Both the position numbers and the translations under genes were made by a program. Below, one piece after another: positions 14,068 through 27,466 of a stretch of DNA of 64,000 bases. The notes beneath the pieces are model-generated. The model made no database searches and had not been told where the DNA came from. It saw nothing but the letters and a program-made list of their open reading frames with translations. Position 1 is the first letter of the stretch. Each line of letters opens with the position of its first letter. The stretch is from NCBI GenBank assembly GCA_951406725.2, contig OX597818.1, positions 23,808,001-23,872,000 of the forward strand. Direction: 5' to 3'. The stretch comes from Octopus vulgaris. Its lineage: Eukaryota.

Positions 14068-14477
14068 GGATCTTTTCGGTTTGAACGGTAGTTTTTTAAA
14101 ATAATTTCCACGTAACTAAACACTTTTAAACTTCGTATACTGGTAGAATGTGTTTATAAAACATCTTTTTCTCTTGGCTTTATCGAGAAAATTCTATAGT
14201 TTGTAAGATATTTGTTGTTGTTTTTCTTCAATTTCTGCAATTTCAACCAATCAATGACGTCTATTGAGGTGAAAACATTTTGTGTCGTATGACTATGTCC
14301 CTCGTTTAAGAAACAGATTGGATTTATTTACATTTCTGAAGAAAAAAGATACCCTTCTCCCCACCCCTAACCCTAAAACAGATTGAAATACAATAGATCG
14401 ATACTAGGGTCATAATTATGGGTGAAAATTTCATATGACACCGCTAGAAAAAACTGCCGTTCAAACCGAAAAGATCC
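14068..14477. mobile_element. Merlin-like MITE family A, copy 3
   Basis: Near-identical to copy 1; imperfect TSD aacacttt / aaagcttt. Confidence 0.9.
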
Positions 14478-16245
14478 AAAGCTTTACATGACAAAGTATT
14501 TTAAAGATAAAAGCAATTGAGTGAGATGAAATTTTTTTAATTTACTGTTTTATTTAAACCTCAAGAATTGGCTAGTAATTGTTTCTAATTTAGGCGATAT
14601 CAAACTTCTGATATTTTAGTGTTGGGAGATTTCACAAGTAGTCTTAGTGTAGAACTTTCTATAACTCTTTCGTAGTTAAATCTGAGTAGATTCTTTTAAA
14701 TTTTGCTTTTATTGTGTTTTATTGTCTGATCCAACCGAACCAAGAAAGGAGCCTCTGCGTGCTTACTCGACATGCTAGAAATAACGAACAAAACTCACTT
14801 GAATCACATCTATATTGTGTTAGGATAGTACACATTAGATAATATTGAATTTAATTATTGGTAAAAACTTGCTACATTCATACAGTGCAAGCACACACAA
14901 TTTTAGTCTTCCAAAGTCAATGGACCATCTAGAAAAGTAGTCACATACTACTCATGGTCCACGGACCAGTTGTAGATTAACAAAAGCAATCAGAACCTTT
15001 TCTCGTTTCCTTTCCTCCTCGTTCTTGTTGACGGTATAGCTGGTTGCTGTTATTTAGCTCCAGGTCAATCCTGAATAAGTCGGCCTCTAATCAAAATGTC
15101 ATTCCATCCATGACCATCCGTCCTTTTATGTGTAAGCAGGATTACATTATCTAATGTGTACTATCCTTACACAAGATAGTAGGTGTGCTTTATAGGCAAT
15201 GCTTTTTGAAGCAGGTGTTCGCAAGCTCGCAATATATCCGTTGGGAATCAACGACAGTTCTATCTCCAGATGAATGTTCTAGAACAAACCAACCTAACTT
15301 GGTTAGCTTCCCCTTTACTAGCTTACAATGCGTAACAACTAAACGATACACAGGAGGGCGTTAGTATCATATCGCCTATTTAAGAGCGTATCCCAATTGG
15401 ACTTTCTCTCTTTTTCTCTACGACACGACAAGGTCAACTTCGGAGAGAGAACCAGGCGCACGGATTTCGCTGTTCATTTCCTACCAGCAACTCGCTATGG
15501 TATTCTACGTCTAGTGTCCGTGGAAAGTAAATTTTGTAGCTTAAATTACTTCTATTTTCTCATTGTCATCGTGGAACATGGCAAGATGTTCAGAACCTTT
15601 CTTCATCCCATTGTATACTCGCTGTATGAGTTCGTTTGTTACGCATCTGAATAAAAAACTTTGGATACGAAGTTGTTCACGCACAGACACGAGTGTCGTT
15701 GTCACTTACTGCAGTCCAATTATTAAAGTGTTGACGTTTTCATTAGCGACATCCCTCGCTAAAGTGGTGACCTCGACGTGATATTCTGCGGTTTTGTGAA
15801 CCCGCTACAAATAGCATTGCCTACAGATTCAAGTGCGTTTTGTTTGTTATTTCTAGTAAGTCGAGTAAGCACGCAAAGGCTCCTTCCTTTGTTTGGCTGG
15901 ATCAGACCATAAGCGACATCAGATGTCCTTCAGTTCGTTTTCATTGAGTCATTTCAATGAGGGAGCATAAGACAAACAATATAGTAAGGTTGATGTGCAA
16001 AAAGAAAGGTAATCACAGATGGGACGCCTTTGGTCAATAGCTCTCTTTAACCATCACTGACCAAGGGCTAAACAACATCAGTATCACGAAGAGTAACATT
16101 TCACTGATGTAAACAATAAGAGCGTTATCTAAGTGATGTGTTTCATTAACAATGATGAACCCAAATCATTCTAAGAACAAAAGCTGCGATAGAACAGCTT
16201 CCCGCTTCAGCAGGGGGATGTTTTTTAAACACTAAGATAGACCAG

Positions 16246-16682
16246 GAATCTTTTCGGTTTGAACGGCAGTTTTTTCTAGCGGAGTCATATGAAATTGTCA
16301 CCCATAATTATGACCCTAGTATCGATCTATTGCATTTCAATCTGTTTTAGGGTTAGGGTTAGATTTAGGGTTAGTTAGGGTTAGGGGTGGGGGGAAGGGT
16401 ATCTTTTTTCTTCACAAATGTAAATAAACTCAATCTGTTTCTTAAAAGATGGACATATTCATACGGCACAGAATGTTTTCACCTCAATAGACGTCTTTGA
16501 TTGGTTGAAATTGCAGAAATTGAAGAAAAAAACAACAAATGTCTTACAAACTATAGAATTTTCTCAATAAAGCCAAGAGAAAAGGATGTTTTATAAACAC
16601 ATTCTACCAGTATATGAAGTTTAAAAGTGTTTAGTTACGTGGAAATTATTTTTAAAAACTGCCGGTCAAACCGAAAAGATCC
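16246..16682. mobile_element. Merlin-like MITE family A, copy 4
   Basis: Same TIRs; TSD tagaccag (16238-16245 / 16683-16690); longest TTAGGG-like tract of the four. Confidence 0.9.
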
Positions 16683-17181
16683 TAGACCAGTATATCTCAG
16701 CAAACAGAATGTTATAGCGTCGAACAAAACCCCTCCATGTTCTAAACGCTGAGTTTAGATCCTGGCGAAATCAAATTTTCCTTTCATCCTTCCAGGGGTC
16801 CAGAAAATAAAGTACCAGTGAAGTACTGATCGTCATTTTAATACTCCTGTAAAGCATTGAGGTTATAAAAGAAAGGATTTCCTGGTGACGATGGAAGATT
16901 AAAAGAGAAAAATAAGAACGAAAGTAGATTTCTCCACCAGTAACCAATTTTTTCCGCAACTTAAGCAATTTCTTCATTTCCTTTTGAGCTATTTCCCCTT
17001 CCCCACCATCTGCGCTGATATTTTCTGCTCGTTCTAGGAAAAATCAGATAGTTAAACTTATCTTTATTTTTACAAATGCCCATCCCCCCGCAACCACCTC
17101 TATGACTGCTGTTAACATCAACCTATCTTTCTTCTGTTCATGTTTGTATACATTTGTATGTATGTGTGTGTGTCAATATTG

Positions 17182-17182
<1 letters not shown>

Positions 17183-17259
<77 letters not shown>
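17183..17259. repeat. (GT)n microsatellite
   Basis: Direct reading. Confidence 0.95.
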
Positions 17260-17260
<1 letters not shown>

Positions 17261-17897
17261 CGTGTGCGTGTGTGTACGTATAATTAGATGCATGAATATG
17301 CTGAACTACGTGTACAGATATTAAATAGATATTATATGATTTATGTGTACAGACATTACGATACACATTTGTACGCTCCAGTCTATGACACATAAAAGTT
17401 TCATGTGTTACACTGCCATTAGTTGAAGAAGCAGGATCGTAGAGTCACGTAGTCGTAATAATTAAACATAAAACTAAATATGTGAATTCTGTGCATGTTA
17501 TTCCTTATATTTCTTTGTTTCAAATTGAAATTCCTAATCCTGCTGAATATTATGACTAAAAGATTATATTCTCTTGTAATAACTTCCTCCATGAGGGAAG
17601 ACATGTTATTACAAGCTCTAGTGGACAAGAAACGCTGCAAAATATATTTCCATTAGTTGTATGGCAAAATCTAGAGCACTGTCGAGAGATTAATACTCAT
17701 ATATCAATAAAACATAGTATGTTTTATTTTACAAAATTTAATTTGACGTTTAGCCCTTTCGTAACGAACTGGAACACACTATAATGTTGGTTCATATACA
17801 TTTAGTCTCCGAGGGAGGATGTGAGCTTACACAATTACAATTATTTTTGGTCATTCTGCTCCATGAATAGCACATATCGCCAAGTAAAAGTATTTCT

Positions 17898-18310
17898 TTA
17901 TTCTTTATTGCCCACAGGGGGCTAAACGTAGAGGAGACAAACAAGGACAGACAAAGGGATTAAGTCGATTACATCGACCCCAGTGCGTGACTGGTTCTTG
18001 ATTTATCGGCACCGAAAGGATGAAGGGCAAAGTCGACCTCGGTAGAATTTGAACTCAGAACGGCAGACGAAATACCTATTTCTTTACTAAGCACAAGGGG
18101 CTAAACACAGAGGAGACAAACAAAGACAGACAAACGGATTAAGTCGATTACATCGACCCCAGTGCGTAACTGGTACTTAATTTATCGACCCCGAAAGGAT
18201 GAAAGGCAAAGTCGACCTCGGCGGAATTTCAACTGAGAACGTATAGACAAGCGAAACACCGCTAAGCATTTTGCCCGGTTTTGCTAACGTTTCTGCCAGC
18301 TCGCCGCCTT
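17898..18310 (-). mobile_element. dimeric tRNA-derived SINE (Nin-domain type)
   Basis: Head aaggcggcgagctggcag, B-box-like gttcaaattcc, core gcctttcatcctttcggggtcgat; ~19-bp TSD gcc(a/g)agtaaaagtatttct. Confidence 0.85.
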
Positions 18311-19933
18311 GCCGAGTAAAAGTATTTCTACTTGTGAACCTGCTTTTTAAGAACAATTCTTTTCACGGGCTCGACGACTTAAAACTTAGTAAAGGTTAGC
18401 ACTATCCCAAGCTTGGTTTAATTCATCGGCTTTACAATCGTAAATCAACTCGACTTGGCTGCAGTTGGTACTGAGTTTTCATCAAAGTATAATGAACGCA
18501 TAGTGAAGGCGCGTCACCAAGTAGTTGGAGTGTTGCACTCACGATCGCAATATTGTAGTTTCGATTCTCAGACTGGAAGTGCGTTGTGTGTACTTGAGCA
18601 GAAACATTTCATTTCATTCAATCCACTCAGCCGTAAATGAGTAACCCTATGATGAACAGGCGTCCTGCCCGCCAAGTTAGCAAGGCATTTGAAGGCTACA
18701 GCAATACAAAGAAGTGCATTGTGACCAGCGATGTATAGCTACATCCGATAGCCAGCTAGATACAGCGATAATGAATAGAAAGTACGTTTGGGTGCATTTG
18801 TACATTGGTTATTTCTAACACAAGACAAATAAATGTGATTTTGTTCGGCTTTTAATTTAAGTTGATACTTATCTCATATCTTTTATTTGTATCAGTCATT
18901 GGGCTGCGACTGCGCTGAAATACCTTCCTTCAAGGGTTTTGGTTGAACAGATCGATTCAGTATCTGTGATGACCTGGAGTCGCCTCTGATGTATATATAC
19001 GACGGGCTTCTTTCAGTGTCCGTCTACCAAATCCACTTACAAGGCTTTAGTCGAGCCGAGGCCACAGTGGAAAACACTTGCTCAGAGGCGATTCCAGGTC
19101 ATCAGCGTCGCTCGGGTTCATCACAGATTTCGCATAAGACACATGTATAAAAGAAGGTAAGAGACGTAATGCACACCGCATTACGTGGTGGTGGTGGTGG
19201 TGATGGTTGTAGTGTTGAAGTGATAGAGTTTTTCGGTGGTGATTGTGGCGGTAAGTGTAGGCCTCAGCGGCGGTAGCAAGTTACGTGACATATGATACTG
19301 TCGCTCGCAAGTGATTCCATAACCGATGTTACTTTATACCTTTCTCAAACTTCCATCGACTGAATGAAGTTGTTAATGACCACTTCACGGTGGCTGTTAT
19401 ATCTTTATTACAAGTGCTTCCTTGTCTTAGCCTTTGTCACATCCTAGTTCCACCACCACCACCACCACAACCCTCGTCGGTACCACTTGTTACACAGTTA
19501 ATGACTCGATTCTATATAAGCAGCTGCATAACAGTAAACAGTTCGTGAGAAAAGGGAAGAGGAAAATATATTAACGACTTAACATCGTTTTCAAGGGAAA
19601 CATCTACAGCGGCAAGAGAATTGTTTTCTGTTCTTGTTCAGCTAATTAATCAGTAACTCTCAGAATCTGACTCAAGAAACCAAATAGGAAGCTGATGTTA
19701 ACTACTATTGCAGGTAATGGTGGTAGTGATGATAGTGGTGATAGTTGGATGTTCAGATGACGTGTTCTATACCTTTCTAGTCATTGTTTTCTGGTAACCA
19801 TTCCTTACTCTTCGGTGAATGCAATAGATAAAAAGAAAAAAAACAACTGTTATTGCGGCGGATGGAGATTTAAAATAGAAACGACAATGCTATGAGCAAC
19901 AAAGGCACTTCTCCAGTAGAGCCTTTATTTTTA

Positions 19934-20159
19934 TTGGGTTGTCCGGAAAGTTCGTGCCGATTTTTAAAGGAAAGAAAAAGGTCAATAAATACTTGCCATT
20001 ACATTTTTAATCAACCAAATATGAACCATTTTGTGGCACAATGCGTCTCCATCTTTCCTTTAACTTGAAAATACCCATCTTCCCAGAATTGAGGTGCCTG
20101 TGAGGGTAAGTCGAAAGGTAAACTACTATAAATCGGCACGAACTTTCCGGACAACCCAA
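19934..20159 (-). mobile_element. mariner-derived MITE (deletion derivative of the 61932-62984 family)
   Basis: TA|ttgggttgtccggaaagttcgtgccgattt ... aaatcggcacgaactttccggacaacccaa|TA. Confidence 0.9.
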
Positions 20160-20199
20160 TAGTTTTTCCGGCAAGAAATGCCTTACAGATTAATCTTAA

Positions 20200-21360
20200 G
20201 TGATAGCAAAGTATGACTTGCAACGCGGATTAATACCTGGGCTTTAAAGGCTTTCATACAGAAACCACCAGTGATCAACTGAAATGTTATTTCTAGGACT
20301 TCTTCCCAAGGATTATCAGGAAATCTGACAAAAATGGCATTATACTCAGTCTGTGGTGGCCATTTTTGCTCTACAAATTTGCCATGATTCAAGTAAGACA
20401 ATGGAGAATCTGTGCAGTAAACCCATGCGAAGGTGGGTGGGTGTTCCTCCAAATTTCAGCTCAGTCAATCTGTACAGCAAGACCTCTAAGCTCCTTCTAC
20501 CAATTTCATCAGTGGTGGAAGAATTCAAAGCTACAAAGACAAGAGCAATCACAACATTGCTTCTATCTGGGGATGAAAAAGTCAGACACACCAGCAAAAC
20601 CATAAATGGAAGCCACGGGAATGTGCGAGGGAAGCATAAACATACTATAAACACCAGGAGATTGCGGAGTTCTAGACAGTTAGGCCTTTGGCAACTACAG
20701 CACAAGAAGCAAGAGAGAGTTCACAGTACAAAAAATTAGTGATTCAATAGAGGTGGATAACCAAGTGACGGCAGTAGAGCTTTCCCGCCAAGGTCAGTGG
20801 ATACAGTGAGACCAGATACTCGAGTGGCCACTGTTCTAGAAGGATCTCTGGAGCACTGACCAGAGAAGATTGTCTTTCCTCCTTCGTGCTGTCGCTGACC
20901 TCCTGCTAATCCCAAATAACCTTAAAATGTGGAGCAAAGAGACCCATTCTACAAGTAGAATACAAAGACAAGCATCGTGGTCGAACTTACAACGCCCAGG
21001 AAAGACAGATTTGATGTTTCCTACCAGGTAATGAAGACGAAATATCAGGGCTTAGTCGATGCGGTCCTTGTCAAGGGATAGCATGCGGCCTCATTCCCTA
21101 TTGAAGTCAGCTGCCGCGGTTTTCCAGTTAGATCATGTTTCCTGCAAAGATAGGTCTGGAACCCAGACAACTGAAGAAAGCCACCAAGAAAATAGGCACG
21201 GCAGCTGAAACCAGCTCAAGGTGGTTATGGTTGATAGGAGACCACAAGTGGAACCATTCCACGGATGAAGACTAGCTCAGTCCTCGCTGCTCCACTCAGC
21301 TGAAGCATACAAGCTAAAGGGCGAATCGCTTGTGGCCCTGAAATAACTGCTGATGATATA
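20200..21360 (+). mobile_element. Hero/NeSL-like non-LTR retrotransposon remnant
   Basis: LYSKTSKLLLPISSVVEEFKATK and ...KYQGLV...FPIEVSCRGF (restriction-like endonuclease end). Confidence 0.7.
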
Positions 21361-21840
21361 TAAGGATTTCCAGCATTGCAATGGATTTAGAAGAGCTTGC
21401 AAAACCTCTGAGTAGCTCCTGCAGTTACTGCTGGAGCAAAGCATCTCTGTTGTTTATTTGATCCTAGTCGGAAATTCCTGACTGTATCGTTTTAAAACTA
21501 ATTATAAAATGCAAAATTGTTTTAAAATGTTCGGATGGTTTAACAAGCAGTTTTTTTATGTCATTTAAAGATCGTTCACAGGAGTTCTTAGTACACATGG
21601 TAAATTCGGGAGTACAGGAATGGTTGAATTTATTGATGTTAATCTGTTATAAATATAATTAAACTTTTAGAAATAAAACTTTCTGAATTTAACCTTGATT
21701 TTGAAAAAGTATAGTGACTAATGGAGTCATTGACGTTGTTAAATATAATGCTCAGCCTTAATTCTTACGATATTCGCAAAGAATCAACATCATTTTTATT
21801 CCCGTTAGATGGTATAATCGACTGGAAAACAAAAATTAAG

Positions 21841-22136
<296 letters not shown>

Positions 22137-23576
22137 TCATGTATGCAAACACAAAGAGAGAGAGAGAGAGAGATGTGAAAATGCATATATGCCTGCATGA
22201 AATGTATTCTTTTTCCTTCTCTAATCGACTTGTGCTTGATACTAAGTGTATGGTGGGTGGGGGAGAACAGTTAGAGATATGAGAATTACGGATTTTCACC
22301 AAGAAATCCAGCAAGTGATATCTGAGACAAAACTCTGATGAAAATAAGAAATCCAAACTAAGGCTGAAATGACTGGAAGAAGCGCGTGGACTCACGAAAG
22401 GTAACCATTCTCATTAACTGTGTAACAAAGGGGTGGGGTTCTATGTTGGAACATAATTTATTTGTAACATTAGTAGGAAAGGTATTCATGCAATACAATT
22501 AATGGAAAAAGTAAGATGAAACAGCGTGACATGACATGCAAGGAAAATGTCTGTTCGAAATTTAACACTTAGGCTGATTTTTACATATCAAGTAAATATT
22601 CAGATGCCGTGTCATGTCTTTTTTTTCCCGATGATCCTCGATTGAATATGCAGCTGTGACAACCCAAGACACTCTGAAATTGGCGAGAGGGGAGAACATC
22701 ATAGCAGCTCTGACGTCTGCAAAATTGGCATCTTTACTGACTGTATTCACGGAAAGTTCTAGACGGGCTACTGAACTATCACGTGAACAACAGCTGTTCA
22801 TTGGATAAACTCTTGGTTGCACACATGATCAAATTATGAATTTGAATTGTCGCTTGAGATTCCTATGTGGTAAAACGGGGGATCAAATCTAATGTTGCAA
22901 ATGAAAAATAGTAGCCTCAACTACGTATGCGTATATGCCAACATTCTTTTTTCTTTTCTTTTCTTTGCGGAGTGGGGAGGGCATTTGAACGGAGGCAAAT
23001 CAAAATTTGTTATTGATGAAACTAAAAAGATGATGAATGAACCAATTTTTCACAATCTTTTTGTACAACAGCGTAACTGTCACTGATTATAACTGTTGTC
23101 AAAGTTTGTCATCGAAATTGAACGTGATCAACATAATGTATGCGATATAGTGTGAGCTGTCCATTACATATTTTAAATAAAAATGCAATATTTTCAATTT
23201 GGATTTTTTTTTTATTTGATTTCCGTCGGATATCTTTTAATAGATTTCATATTTCCGGTATTATTTCACAAAACTTCTTAGAAATTAATTTGATTCATAA
23301 CTACTTCTTAAGTCAACTGCAGATTAGTTTCGTAATAGCTGCGATGTTGTAGGTTAAAAAATACATCAGATGATCAGAAGAATATATATCTTCTGTCCAC
23401 GAAGAGATTGGTACCGTATGTTGTATACAAACACGGTTGTATCGGTTTGTAGAGAAATGTAACGTTTTGTACGTTGATGATTGGCAAGTTGAGAAGATTG
23501 CATATTTGGTTTTTCTAACGCCGAGTCGTCAAATGCAAAAAGCGGCAGGTTGTATAGTAGAAGTCAGGTCATCAAG

Positions 23577-23983
23577 AAGGCGGCGAGCTGGCAGAAACGT
23601 TAACACGCCGGGCGAAATGCTTAGCAGTATTTCGTCTGCCATTACGTTCTGCGTTCAAATTCCGCCGAAGTCGACTTTGCCTTTCATCCTTTCGGGGTCG
23701 ATTAAATAAGTACCAGTTACGCACTGGGGTCGATATAATCGACTTAATCCGTTTGTCTGTCCTCTCTGTGTTTAGCCCCTTGTGGGTAGTAAAGAAATAG
23801 GTATTTCGTCTGCCATTACGTTCTGAGTTCAAATTCCGCCGAGGTCGACTTTGCCTTTCAACTTTTCGGGGTCGATAAATTAAGTACCAGTTACGCACTG
23901 GAGTCGATGTAATCGACTTAATCCGTTTGTCTGTCCTTGTTTGTCCCCTCTGTGTGTAGCTCCTTGTGGGCAGTAAAGAAATA
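23577..23983 (+). mobile_element. dimeric tRNA-derived SINE (Nin-domain type)
   Basis: Same two-unit structure and junction as 17898-18310. Confidence 0.85.
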
Positions 23984-25514
23984 AAAAGGTAATGGATAAA
24001 GTGGTTGTTTTGAAAGTCAATAAAATATGTAGAGTGAAAGAGAAAGAATTCTATTTAGTGTTCTGTATTTATACATGTCAAAAATTAAAAGTTGATCGGT
24101 ACCCTTAAAGCCAATAACTTTTCAGCACCCCCTTGTATGTATGTACAATGAGCTTCATCACAGTTTCCATCTAACAATTTTCACCAATGAGACTCGAAAC
24201 TGTAGGCAGAAAACATCTGCCTCAGGTGCTGGTCACTGGAAGCCATCATCATCATCCTTTAATATCAGTTTTCCATACTGGCATGGATTAGACGTTTTGA
24301 CTAGGGCTGGCTGGAGAGCTGCACCAGGTTCCAGTTTGATTTGACTTGGTTTCTACAGCTGGATGCCCTTTCTAGCACCAACCACTTTACAGTGTATACA
24401 GAGTGCTGTTAACATGACAGTGGAATGAGCACCTTGATATGGTGCTGGCACAAGTGCTTTTTACGTTCACTGGCACAGGACTCTTGCAGGCCTATCCTCT
24501 TCACCAGGGGGAACAGCCTTAACACTTCTGCTGTGGAGGACAGGTCTTCTTAAGTACAGTAAGGCACCAGATAGCTCAGTGATTATGAATGGCATAGATT
24601 AGATATTTTTTCTTGCCAGAGCAACAAGCTGGCCTTCGTGCTGATGGCATGTTAAAAACACCATTCAAGCGTGATCGTTAACTGCGTCGCCTTACTAGCA
24701 CTTGTGGTGGCGACACATGAAAAAAAAAAACATTAGAGCAAGATCATTGTCAGTGCCGCTGGACTGGCCCCTGTGCAGGTGGCACATAAAAAGCACCATT
24801 TGAGCATGGCCATTGCCAGTACCACCTAACTGGCCCTCATTCCGGTGGCACATAAAAGCTACCACTACACTCTCGGAGTGGTTGGCGTTAGGAAGGGCAT
24901 CCAGCTGTAGAAACTCTGCCAGATCAGAGTCTGGTTTGCCAGACCTCAGTCAAATCGTCCAACCCATGCTAGTATGGAAAGCAGACGTTAAACGATGATT
25001 GCTTAATCTTAGTATGCAATGGTGTCAGAGATTACATAAACACAGATATCTTGAAAGTATAGCAATAAAAAAAGAAAAAGAAAAGAAATGCATGTTCAAA
25101 GATACGACCAACTGTAAAGAGAGAAAATAACAAAATGGGGGGGGGGCAAATATATTTAAAATAAACATAAGAGAAATTTTTTTAAAATGAAGCACTGGAA
25201 ATGAGATAGAAATTTAGGGTTAAAATAAGTGTACAGCTGTGTCATCACTTAACCTGTTTGAAATTTTTTTCTTAAATTAAATATATTTTGAAGGAAAGGA
25301 CACTGAATAGTTAGTCCTTGACACCATTAACAGAAAAGATGGCCATAGCATTTGATTTCACAGATCTGTTCAACCAGGGATGACCTGGAGTTATAATCAT
25401 ATCTACCAAGTCATTTTGTTTGGAAGAGCTACAATATTTATTTTTTTACATGTTTGAAATGGATGGAGGTTAGCAGGCTAAATTGTGATTTACGTAATTT
25501 ACCCAAACTTATTA

Positions 25515-26280
25515 GGCAAATGTCAGTGATAAGTAGCACCCAATTTGGAATTTCTCCATTTTGAAGGCGACTTTTCAGATATTTTTTTCACAGCGCCCTT
25601 GGAAATGATGGTGAGTGTTTTTTTTAACAAAAAAATTTCAAATAAAATTATGGTTTTTTTATAACTTCCCACTTCCTAGAAACCATAATATATTATTTGA
25701 AGGAAGAAGAAATACTTTCTAAACACAAAAAATTTACCTGTTGTAAATTGATGAAATTCATAAAATGCCAAAAGAGTTGTAGATGAAAAGGTAAGTTTTA
25801 GTAATTTTTTGTTTTTCTCACGGCAATGGTTAAAGAAAGAAATTCATAAATTACTTTTTTGCTTGTGTATAATGGGAAAAGTTGGAAAAAAATTTTTTAG
25901 ATTCATTTATTTTTCATTTGAGTAATTATAAAAAAGTTTTTAAAAAATAAAAGATTCCATATATCATGGTGAGAGAAACAAATTCATAAACACAGTGTTG
26001 AATATGGTTTCACTATGGAAAAGGGGTGATTTAGCTATCTGATACCTTCCTTGTTTCTTTGTTTAATACTGTCTCCCCATCAACACATTTAATTGAATAA
26101 CAGAAAAGGTTTAAGAATAAAATAAATGCCATGTGTATTGTTAAAACGAAATCATTTCTCGAAAAAAACTTTTAGCTAAAATGATGCTCCCCACCATTTC
26201 CAAGGGTGTTATGAAAAAAAATCTGAAAAAACCCCAAAGAAATTCCAACTCATGTGTGCTACCTATCGCTGACATCTGCC
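25515..26280. mobile_element. Merlin-like non-autonomous element with ~100-bp imperfect TIRs
   Basis: ggcaaatgtcagtgataagtagcac ... gtgctacctatcgctgacatctgcc; TSD acttatta / acttattt. Confidence 0.75.
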
Positions 26281-26789
26281 ACTTATTTAATCGACCTTTC
26301 AAAAAGGAATCAACCCCTTAACTCAGATGGGGGAGGGGGACACTGAAATTAAATTCAATTAGTTGAGTACTACCATTTCTACTAACTCATCAACTAGAAA
26401 ATACTGATTTCAAATTTTAGCACAAGGCCAGTAATTCTGGGAGAGGGGGTAAGTCAATTACACTGACCCCTGGTGCTCAACTGGTACTTATTTTATCAAC
26501 CCTGAAAGGATGAAAGGCAAAGCCAACCTCAGTGGAATTTGAACTCAGAACATAAAGACAGATGATATACTGCTAAGCATTTTGCCTGGCATGCTACACA
26601 AACTAGGAAATACTGAGAACTGTTAACTGGAGACATTACATCACTAGCTGTGAATATCTTCTGAGGAAAACATACGGGTAAAATACTGAAGGTGGGAAAA
26701 AAGGACCAAGCAATATTGAAATGTCAAAAAAATATAATTGACAAATGAAATGAGAAAACAAGGAAGAAAGCCGAAAAAGGAAATATTTT

Positions 26790-27466
26790 TTATTGATTGA
26801 TTTCAGATACTTCAATACCAATTAGATGAGGAGGAATGCAGAAAGGATTTATCCAAAGAGCGTCTGGCATAAGCATAAGACTATTCAAAGGTCTAGGAAA
26901 ACTTTGGCTATAATCTTCCGTTTTTTTTAATTTTCCAGATATAGCATCATCCTCTTCTCCTGGATATTTAACTGTTTCTTGTGACCTACTAAAACCTGCT
27001 ACAACTCCACCTAGGTCAGCTGAACTTGTTGTATCCATCTGAAGTGAGTACTTAGAAGCTGTGTCCATCTCTTTTGACTGGGAAGCCTTTTCATTATCAT
27101 CAGCACGAGTGGTTTTCTTAGAATTTTCCTCTGAATCAGTTGCTAAGGTTGGTTCTTCATTATTTACCCACAAAGCTTTCATTGTGGGGTCAGCTAGACT
27201 AACTATAATTGGATTTAATTTCACCACAGTAGCTTTGGTACCATCAGGTAATAGTTCATCAATATGTTGAATTTCATAAATCACAGTACTGTTCTTATCA
27301 GTTTCCTCCTTTACTACATGTTTCGGTTTAGGCTTTTTGACAACTCTGCTGCGTTTTGTCAACAATTGATGAAGAAGTTCTTGTTGTTTTCCTAGTTTTT
27401 GTTCAGGCTCTAGTAACTTTTTTCTAGCTGACTCAGATAGATCTGTTGTATCAAGGAATTGAAAAT
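26790..27466 (-). CDS. SNAPC2: SNAPC2-like terminal coding exon (extends track ORF 26790..27365)
   Basis: gaatttcag| acceptor at 27467-27468, in frame with the 191-aa track ORF; ends ...INPFCIPPHLIGIEVSEINQ*. Confidence 0.85.

Noticed and set aside
16340-16392. TTAGGG tracts as true telomere or chromosome-fusion relics
   Set aside because: Short and embedded at a fixed position inside TSD-flanked MITEs.
22333-22352. CTGATGA...GAAA hammerhead-like words (similar partial motifs at ~443, ~10075, ~19100 and ~51800)
   Set aside because: The required stems or cleavage triplet cannot be formed.
22562-22822. 86-aa ORF in higher-complexity sequence
   Set aside because: No ATG at the annotated start, no recognisable domain and no convincing splice partners.
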